Source: Promethearchaeota archaeon (GTDB lineage Archaea > Asgardarchaeota > Lokiarchaeia > Sigyniarchaeales > SOKP01). Taken from it: DNA of 64,000 nt. Each line of letters starts with the position of its first letter. The first letter of the stretch is position 1. The notes under the pieces were generated by a model. The model did not search any database and had not been told where the DNA came from. It was given only the letters and a program-made list of their open reading frames with translations. This document shows, piece by piece, positions 57,369 through 64,000 of this stretch. Both the position numbers and the translations under genes were made by a program. The DNA lies in contig JAUVNS010000013.1 of assembly GCA_030599585.1 (NCBI GenBank), positions 1 to 64,000 on the forward strand, given 5' to 3'.

Positions 57369-57806
57369 TTAAAAAAACTTAAGAGGCCCTAATCCTTTAA
57401 TTTCGTTAGTAAACTCTGTGATTAAATCAGCAAATCTCCTACCCTCAGATGCGCTAACCCATTCTAGTCGTACTCGCTTCTCATTGATTCCTAATTGTTT
57501 TATTATAATTCTATGTAATTTTTCAAAGCGGTCTTTTGCGTATTCGTTTCCAGTTATATAATGACAATCACCTATATGACACCCTGTTATTAAAACTCCA
57601 TCAGCTCCTTCCTTTAAAGCTTTTAAAACAAACGAAGGATCAACTCTCCCTGAACACATGACTCTCACAATTCTCATATTAGGAGGATATTGAAATCTTG
57701 AGACTCCTGCTAGATCAGCTCCAGCGTACGAGCACCAATTACAGCAAAATACTAGGATTTCAGGTTCAAAATCTTGTTTTACTGCTTTATTTTTTGCTTC
57801 GGGCAT
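57369..57806 (-). CDS. mvhD: MvhD/FlpD [2Fe-2S] subunit
   Basis: FCCNWCSYAGAD, RVMCSGRV, GCHIGDCHY, WVSASEG. Confidence 0.95.
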   Translation of the reverse strand: MPEAKNKAVKQDFEPEILVFCCNWCSYAGADLAGVSRFQYPPNMRIVRVMCSGRVDPSFVLKALKEGADGVLITGCHIGDCHYITGNEYAKDRFEKLHRIIIKQLGINEKRVRLEWVSASEGRRFADLITEFTNEIKGLGPLKFF

Positions 57807-57826
57807 AATTTTTTATTGCTTTTTTT

Positions 57827-60800
57827 TTATTCTAATAGATAAGATTCAATCATTGCATAAATCTGGTCAAAATCATAATGTTTCACAGATATAGCACCAT
57901 TTTGGCAGGTTGCAGCACAAGTACCACATCCTTTACATAAGGCTGAATTTATAAAAGATTTTGAAACTTTTAAGCTGACTTCTTCAAAGTCCAGCATTGC
58001 ATCTATAAGTTCAATCGCATTATATGGGCAAACGGATTCACATTTCCCACAGCCAATACATCTCTCTTGATTTACTTCCGCTATAAGCCCTGACGTTTTA
58101 ATTGTTTTAGCACTTAAAAATCGACTAGCGCGACCTGCAGCACCATTTGCTTGAGATATTGAATCTTGGATATTTTTTGGCCATTGCGCACATCCACATA
58201 GAAAGATACCCTCTGTTGCAAAATCCAAAGGACGTAATTTAACATGTGCTTCTAAAAAGAATCTGTTTTTATCTAATGGTACTTTTAGCATTTTCGCTAG
58301 TTCCTGTAGGTTTTCTGGAGGGACCATGGGAGTTGATAATACAACCAAATCCGTTTCAAATTGAAGTTGATCTTGTAAATTTGTCTCAAATACGGATACT
58401 TGATATTTTTCAGGTTTTTCGTTTATTTTCACAATCTCTGGTTGTCCTTCTAAGTCATATCTTAGGAGCATACTCTCCTTTCTCCTATCACGATAATATT
58501 CTTCGAACTCTTTTTTAGCCATCTGAAAATCGCGGTATAACGCAACTATTTCAAGCTCGGGCTTTAATTCTTTTAAAATGCTTATATTTTTTAAACTCAC
58601 GCCACAACATACATTTGAGCAATAAGTAATACCTTCTTTCTGTCTGGCATTAACGCAGAGGATTACTGTTATGCGATTGATTCCATCGAGCCAAGATTTA
58701 TCATCACCTTTCAATTTTTTTTCTAATTCTAATTGAGTAATGACATTTTTATTTTTCTCACTATATTGAAATAAACCTTCTGGTTTTAACTCAAGGGCGC
58801 CAGTTGCAACTATTATTGTGCCGACTTTTACATCTTGAATGTTTTCTTCCTTGGAATCAATAATTGAGACATTATAATTACCAATAAACCCCTTAATCTC
58901 TTTAAATTTTGAACTTAAGAAAACCTGGATGTTTTTACTTTTCTCAACTTTATTCTTTATCTCGTTTAAAAATTTTGTTGCGTCTTCATGTATAGGATAT
59001 AAAATATTAAGATCGTTGAGATTTCCTCCTAGTTTGTTTTCTTTTTCAACAATATAAGTTTGAAATCCTTGACTAGCAAGATTGAGAGCAGCAGTCATTC
59101 CAGATATACCACCACCTATAATTAATGCATTTGGGGTAATATCTAATAACGCTTCGGTTAGCGGTTTCAACAACCGAGCTTTAGCCACGGCCATTCGTAT
59201 TAAATCTTTAGATTTTTCGGTAGCAAATTCATATTCATTCATATGTACCCAAGAACATTGATCTCTTATATTTACCATTTCAAATAGGTATTTATTTAAG
59301 CCAACTTCTACACAAGTTTCTTGAAATAAAGATTCGTGAGTTCTTGGAGTACACGAAGCTATTATAAATCTATTAAGATTATGTTCTTTAATTATCTCTT
59401 TTATTCTTATTTGTGAATCGCTGGAACATGAATACATGTTATCTTCTACGTGGACGACGTAAGGTAGAGTTTTGACATATTCAACTGCACTTGAAACATC
59501 TACATATTTACCTATGTTGATTCCACAGTGACAGATAAGAACCCCTATCCGTGGTTCATCCGTTATTTTTATTTCTCTTTCAGGCTCAATACCTTCTTTT
59601 TCTCTAATTTCGTTGAATTTCACCGAGTTTAGTATCATTGCGACTTGAGATGCTACTCCGCTCGCGTCAGCAACAGTTTCAGGTATATCCATTGGCCCTT
59701 GACAAAAACCACATAGAAAAATTCCTTCTTTTGATGATAAAGATTTATTAAAATATGATTGTTCTTTGTAGAAATTATATTTATCTAGCTCTACATCTAA
59801 AATTTCAGCCATTTCATTTGTTCCCTTTGTAGGAACTAAGGGTGTTGCTAAAACAACTAGGTTAGCTCTAAAATCAGAAAATTTGCCAGTTTTTAGATCC
59901 TCATAACGAATAAGTAAGTCGTTATTTTCCTTATCCTCTTCGATTGTACTTATTTTCGTCTGAAAGTATTTTACTCCGTATTCGTCTTGAGCTCTTTGGG
60001 TAAATTCATAAAAGTTTTTACCATAGGCTCTAATATCATGCCTAAAGACATAACAATCGGAATTATCTGAGTGTTCTTTTGTAATAATAGCTTCTTTTGC
60101 AGTATACATACAACACACACTTGAACAATAAGGCACATTCTCATGGAGATCTCTTGATCCTGCGCACTGAACGAAAGCAATTTTCTGAGGTTCTTTCTGA
60201 TCACTTGGCCGCAAGACATGCCCTTCAAATGGTCCGGAAGCGCATAGTATCCTTTCGTATTCTAGTGCGCTCACTACATTTTGGTATTTATATCCCCATC
60301 TTGAAGATAACTGTTCAGCTGGCATGTCAAATCCAGTTGCTACTACGATTGCTCCGACATTGATTTCTATATCTTGAGGTTTTTGTTCATAATCAATCGC
60401 TTCCACTGTACATACTTTTGCGCAAACTCCGCATACGCCTTTTGTCATCTTCAGGCAGAGTTCTGGGTCAATTAAATATACTGGTGGAACTGCTTGAGGG
60501 AAAGGAATGTATATGGACTTTCTTTTACCTAGGCTCATATCGAACAAATTAGGAACTTCAATCTTTGGGCATTTTGTTGCACAATCTCCACATCCTTTAC
60601 ACGTTGTCTCGTCTACATATCGAGGTTTTTTCAAAACTGTTACAGCAAAATTACCAACTTCTCCACTAATCTTTTTAACTTCATGAAAAGTCATAAGTTC
60701 GATATTAGGATTTCTAAATACTTCGACCATTTTTGGTGCTAGGATACATAGCGAACAGTCATTTGTTGGAAAGGTCTTATCCAACTGCGCCATTCTTCCT

Positions 60801-60913
60801 CCGATTGAAGGTGTTCTTTCCACAAGATATACTTTAAATCCAAGCTCCGTTAAATCTAATGAAGTTTGGATCCCAGCAATTCCCGCTCCAATTACTAGTA
60901 CTGAACCTTCCAT
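57827..60913 (-). CDS. hdrA: HdrA-family tandem flavoprotein (two FAD modules, internal HdrA N-terminal-type domain, ferredoxin domains)
   Basis: LDKTFPTNDCSLC, CAGSRD, YCSSVCCMY, ICHCGINI, NIRDQCSWVH, HVKLRP, C-terminal 2x[4Fe-4S]. Confidence 0.93.
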   Translation of the reverse strand: MEGSVLVIGAGIAGIQTSLDLTELGFKVYLVERTPSIGGRMAQLDKTFPTNDCSLCILAPKMVEVFRNPNIELMTFHEVKKISGEVGNFAVTVLKKPRYVDETTCKGCGDCATKCPKIEVPNLFDMSLGKRKSIYIPFPQAVPPVYLIDPELCLKMTKGVCGVCAKVCTVEAIDYEQKPQDIEINVGAIVVATGFDMPAEQLSSRWGYKYQNVVSALEYERILCASGPFEGHVLRPSDQKEPQKIAFVQCAGSRDLHENVPYCSSVCCMYTAKEAIITKEHSDNSDCYVFRHDIRAYGKNFYEFTQRAQDEYGVKYFQTKISTIEEDKENNDLLIRYEDLKTGKFSDFRANLVVLATPLVPTKGTNEMAEILDVELDKYNFYKEQSYFNKSLSSKEGIFLCGFCQGPMDIPETVADASGVASQVAMILNSVKFNEIREKEGIEPEREIKITDEPRIGVLICHCGINIGKYVDVSSAVEYVKTLPYVVHVEDNMYSCSSDSQIRIKEIIKEHNLNRFIIASCTPRTHESLFQETCVEVGLNKYLFEMVNIRDQCSWVHMNEYEFATEKSKDLIRMAVAKARLLKPLTEALLDITPNALIIGGGISGMTAALNLASQGFQTYIVEKENKLGGNLNDLNILYPIHEDATKFLNEIKNKVEKSKNIQVFLSSKFKEIKGFIGNYNVSIIDSKEENIQDVKVGTIIVATGALELKPEGLFQYSEKNKNVITQLELEKKLKGDDKSWLDGINRITVILCVNARQKEGITYCSNVCCGVSLKNISILKELKPELEIVALYRDFQMAKKEFEEYYRDRRKESMLLRYDLEGQPEIVKINEKPEKYQVSVFETNLQDQLQFETDLVVLSTPMVPPENLQELAKMLKVPLDKNRFFLEAHVKLRPLDFATEGIFLCGCAQWPKNIQDSISQANGAAGRASRFLSAKTIKTSGLIAEVNQERCIGCGKCESVCPYNAIELIDAMLDFEEVSLKVSKSFINSALCKGCGTCAATCQNGAISVKHYDFDQIYAMIESYLLE

Positions 60914-62184
60914 TACTTACTCTCCTCCTTCATATTGTTGGTATCACTAATCCTAATATGTTTAATTAAAAATTCAGAGAAATCTACAATTTCAATTGAG
61001 GAAATATTTTCATAATCTTTTTGGAGACATGAGAGGTGAATTCTACACTTTGGGCAAGAGGTTACCATTACTGTTCCAGCGTCTTTAGCTTCTAACATCC
61101 TTTTGTACCTAAGAGCTTTTGATTTCTCGTTACAATTCATCCAAGAATTTACACCACAACATAAAGAATTTGATTTGTTATGTTCCATTTCATTAAAGCT
61201 GTAGTTCAACTTTTCGAATTCTTTGAAAATTTCCCTAACCTTTTCAGTGATATTATTTTCTTTAGGTAGAAACCTGCTCAATCTACATGGGTCGTGATAG
61301 GTAAACGATATTTCTTCGTTGAGCTCGCTACTACTTATAAATTCAATTTTACCTTCTTTCCACATTTCATAAATATACTCGATAATATGCTTTACTTCAA
61401 ATTTATCGTTAAAATCTTCAAAGATTTCTGGATAATCAATTTTAAGAGTTCTATAACATTCAGCACAAGCTGTAACAATAGTGGAGACTCCGGCATTCTC
61501 AAACATCTCGATATTTTTCTTTGCTAGTTTAATAAAGGTTTTCAATTTTCCTTGACCCCAGTAAAGATCGTGCCCGCAACAAACTTCATCTTTAAAAACA
61601 ACTATAGGTTCTTTTTCGATTTTACTTAAAATCTGTAATGTACTTATAGCAATAGAGTCTAAATTATCGTGTTCGTAATTAAAAAAAGGTAAGCAACCAA
61701 CATAATATAAAGTATTACCTTTATCTGATATAAGGCAGTCCTTAGGAACCCAATCGAGCGATCTATCGGGATTTATATATGGTCTACTCATTATCTCTGA
61801 AATCGTTGTATAAACTCCTTTGTGTGCTATTAACTCATCAACATTTTTATTTGTTGTATGCCTCATTTTGTATCTAGCCATTCTCGCTAAATCGGCAAAA
61901 TTAATATCTTCGGGACAATCTTTGAGACATTGATTACAGGTTAAACAATCCCATAATACCTCGCTCTCCAATACCTTTTTTTCAAAACCCTCTAAAATTA
62001 ATTGAATTATTTTACTTGGAGTATATATCTGCACTTTACTTAATTGACAAACCCCGCTACAACGACCACATTGATAGCACCTCTTTAAAAGATTTCTTAA
62101 ATTGGGTTCGTAAATTTTATCTAAATATTCTAAAGTATCTCCAAATAACTTCTTTCTTTCAGCTTCTTTTTTTGTTTCTGTTAT
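60913..62184 (-). CDS. HdrC/HdrD-GlpC-type Fe-S oxidoreductase (2x[4Fe-4S] and CCG domains), probable ATA start
   Basis: The frame extends 50 codons upstream of the track start and includes CYQCGRCSGVC. Downstream motifs: CLTCNQCLKDCP, YYVGC, CCG, YHDPC, CCG, SCPKC. Confidence 0.85.
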   Translation of the reverse strand: MTETKKEAERKKLFGDTLEYLDKIYEPNLRNLLKRCYQCGRCSGVCQLSKVQIYTPSKIIQLILEGFEKKVLESEVLWDCLTCNQCLKDCPEDINFADLARMARYKMRHTTNKNVDELIAHKGVYTTISEIMSRPYINPDRSLDWVPKDCLISDKGNTLYYVGCLPFFNYEHDNLDSIAISTLQILSKIEKEPIVVFKDEVCCGHDLYWGQGKLKTFIKLAKKNIEMFENAGVSTIVTACAECYRTLKIDYPEIFEDFNDKFEVKHIIEYIYEMWKEGKIEFISSSELNEEISFTYHDPCRLSRFLPKENNITEKVREIFKEFEKLNYSFNEMEHNKSNSLCCGVNSWMNCNEKSKALRYKRMLEAKDAGTVMVTSCPKCRIHLSCLQKDYENISSIEIVDFSEFLIKHIRISDTNNMKEESK

Positions 62185-62197
62185 TGTACACTCCTCA

Positions 62198-63310
62198 CTA
62201 GATTAAATTATTCATAAAGTCTTCCTTACGCTTGATTTTAGATTGAGAAAACTGAGATATCAACTCAATCATCTTATGTTTTTTGTTCGCATCTAAATCT
62301 GCACAACTGATAATTCCACTTTCAAGAACTTGAGAAAATATCCTACTACCTTTTTCTGTTCGTGGAATAACAGTAGTGTATTTATCAGACGATCCTAAAC
62401 CCCCAAATGATATATCCGCATAAATATTAGTAAAATCATCACAAGCGTTACAAGCTGGACGCATATATTTCTTCAAATGATTAAATGGAATATGGATAAT
62501 TTTTTCCCCATTTCCATCGTCTTTTAATTTTAAAATAACGTCTTCTTTAATATTAATTTTTTTAATATCAGAAAATTTGATGTTAAAATCCTTCTCAAAC
62601 CTTTCTAACTGTGATTTTTCAAAAAAAAAGTTTTCGTAGCAAAATAATCCAAGACAAATTTCTACATTTTCAGACGGAGTAACCCCAAGGTCTTGCATAC
62701 ATCTAATTGTATAAAGTTGACAAGGAGTGCCTACTACAGCTAACTTTTTGAATTTATAATAATTTAATTCAGAAATTGAACTTGTATATGTAGAAAACTT
62801 CTGGATTTCATCTAACTGTGGTGTAATATCTAACATAGTTCCAGAGGCCTTTAATAAATCATATTTACTATCAGCAAAAGTTGCTTCCCTTACAAAAGGG
62901 GCATCTGTCTTAGAAACAATTGCACCATCAATCATTTTTTTTTCAATCATAAAATTAATTATTGAATTAACCACGCCACCATCAGTGCCATTTTCTAAAA
63001 AATTTTTATCTATAGCTTGGCAGGAATATATATCTTCATAATGCCCTATTGGCAAGGAAGAAAAATTAGTAAATTGGTATGTTTTATTGAGATCATCATC
63101 TAAAACATGGGTTTGTGGGCATATATAATAACAGATACCGCATTCAAGACACTTATCCTTATGAATGTATTCCGGAGGCAAGTAAGGGTCTATAAATCCT
63201 ATAACTTCGTATTCTGCTGCATTACAAAAAGACACACATCCTCCACATTCCTCACAAATGCCTCGATTGTGGACTTCCTCAATTAAATCCTGAAATGTTT
63301 TTAAACTCAT
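62198..63310 (-). CDS. FrhB/FdhB-family coenzyme F420-binding subunit with N-terminal ferredoxin
   Basis: CEECGGCVSFC, CLECGICYYICP, DGGVV, VGTPCQ, GLFCYENF, CNACDDF, ADISFGG. Confidence 0.88.
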   Translation of the reverse strand: MSLKTFQDLIEEVHNRGICEECGGCVSFCNAAEYEVIGFIDPYLPPEYIHKDKCLECGICYYICPQTHVLDDDLNKTYQFTNFSSLPIGHYEDIYSCQAIDKNFLENGTDGGVVNSIINFMIEKKMIDGAIVSKTDAPFVREATFADSKYDLLKASGTMLDITPQLDEIQKFSTYTSSISELNYYKFKKLAVVGTPCQLYTIRCMQDLGVTPSENVEICLGLFCYENFFFEKSQLERFEKDFNIKFSDIKKINIKEDVILKLKDDGNGEKIIHIPFNHLKKYMRPACNACDDFTNIYADISFGGLGSSDKYTTVIPRTEKGSRIFSQVLESGIISCADLDANKKHKMIELISQFSQSKIKRKEDFMNNLI

Positions 63311-63319
63311 AAGTTTAAA

Positions 63320-64000
63320 TTAACTCTCCATCTTGTTTTGTTTTAAATTAATTGGTTTACATTTTTTTCTTTTTATTCCTGCAATTCTTTCGAGCAATCC
63401 CTGACCTGGTTTAACTTCTTTTAAACTTTTTGTTTCTATTAACCCAGCTCCAACAACATCATTAAATAACTTTTCGCCTTCTTTTGTTCGAGTTATAACG
63501 GAAGAAAATCCTGCTTGCGAACCAATTGACCCAACAGATATATCAGCATAATCAGAAGTTAAATCTTCACAAAAATGACAATTATCTCGGGCATAGGATT
63601 GGATTTCTTTCAGATCAACTTTTAATTCTTCTCCTGATGTTAAATTAATTATAAATTTACCTTTATCTATGTTCATTTTTGTTAATTCGTCAATCTCTTT
63701 ATCAAATTTATCTTTTATCAGCTCTATTATGTCTGAATAAGGGAATGACTCCATACAGAAAAGCCCTATTTTATATTTTATATTATCAAAAAATGGCAAC
63801 CCACTTGGAAATAAGGTGCCTTTCTCAATTGCTTTCATCATACAAGGAACACCCACAAAGGCTAAATTCTTATAATTTTTTGCTTTGTCAATAATATTCA
63901 AGGAAGGAGAATTTGCGTATTTAGTTCCTCCTGTTTTGTAAAGATCTTTAACATCATCTACAATAATAGGTTCAGGTCTCCATATATCTTTCGAATGTTG
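63320..64000 (-). CDS. FrhB/FdhB-family F420-binding subunit (5' part outside window)
   Basis: Frame open to the window edge (QHSKDIWRPEP...GGTKY); VGVPC, IGLFCMESF, CHFCEDL, ADISVGSIG. Confidence 0.88.
   Translation of the reverse strand, partial: QHSKDIWRPEPIIVDDVKDLYKTGGTKYANSPSLNIIDKAKNYKNLAFVGVPCMMKAIEKGTLFPSGLPFFDNIKYKIGLFCMESFPYSDIIELIKDKFDKEIDELTKMNIDKGKFIINLTSGEELKVDLKEIQSYARDNCHFCEDLTSDYADISVGSIGSQAGFSSVITRTKEGEKLFNDVVGAGLIETKSLKEVKPGQGLLERIAGIKRKKCKPINLKQNKMES

Noticed and set aside
54261-60913. Selenocysteine recoding in hdrA/mvhD, with the 57047-57085 hairpin (AUGA...AAA) as a SECIS
   Set aside because: All three ORFs are uninterrupted, with Cys in the Fe-S motifs and no in-frame TGA. 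The hairpin lacks the 3' GA needed for the SECIS quartet.
11998-63894. Other 60-160 aa ORFs overlapping long genes (e.g. 16847-17329, 17669-18067, 21952-22347, 52998-53414, 62016-62201)
   Set aside because: They overlap well-supported CDSs on the opposite strand or frame and have no recognisable motifs.
63899-63901. TTG start given by the track for the last FrhB-like ORF
   Set aside because: The frame stays open with FrhB-like sequence (GGTKY) to the window edge, so the true start is outside the window.

Overview
AT-rich (about 30% GC by eye) archaeal DNA, almost certainly an Asgard archaeon of the Lokiarchaeia/Promethearchaeia type. This is inferred from Roadblock/LC7 and longin proteins, a small GTPase, an IPGY-TM-basic C-terminal sorting signal, and HdrA/MvhD/FrhB genes. 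From left to right the window holds: a giant (>3685 aa) secreted beta-propeller/beta-helix protein missed by the ORF track because it runs off the left edge; a receptor-like beta-helix/TM/longin protein; a cluster of eukaryotic-signature genes (longin-GTPase-Roadblock fusion with a natural P-loop GK-N substitution, Roadblock-Zn-ribbon, uDENN-like protein); a thiolase with an HMGS-DUF35 partner; an SNF2/SWIM pair; a carbohydrate/organosulfur catabolic region; a large cell-anchored serine protease; and an FrhB-FrhB-HdrC/D-HdrA-MvhD-HdrA redox cluster. The standout is a compact three-gene operon at 36600-40600. It encodes a sulfofructose-transaldolase-like protein, an SqvD-like isomerase and a YihQ-like GH31 sulfoquinovosidase, i.e. 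the core of the sulfoglycolytic transaldolase (sulfo-SFT/sulfo-TAL) pathway that I know only from bacteria. All family calls are from motif recognition and recalled reference sequences, not database searches. No rRNA, tRNA, CRISPR array or mobile element was recognised.
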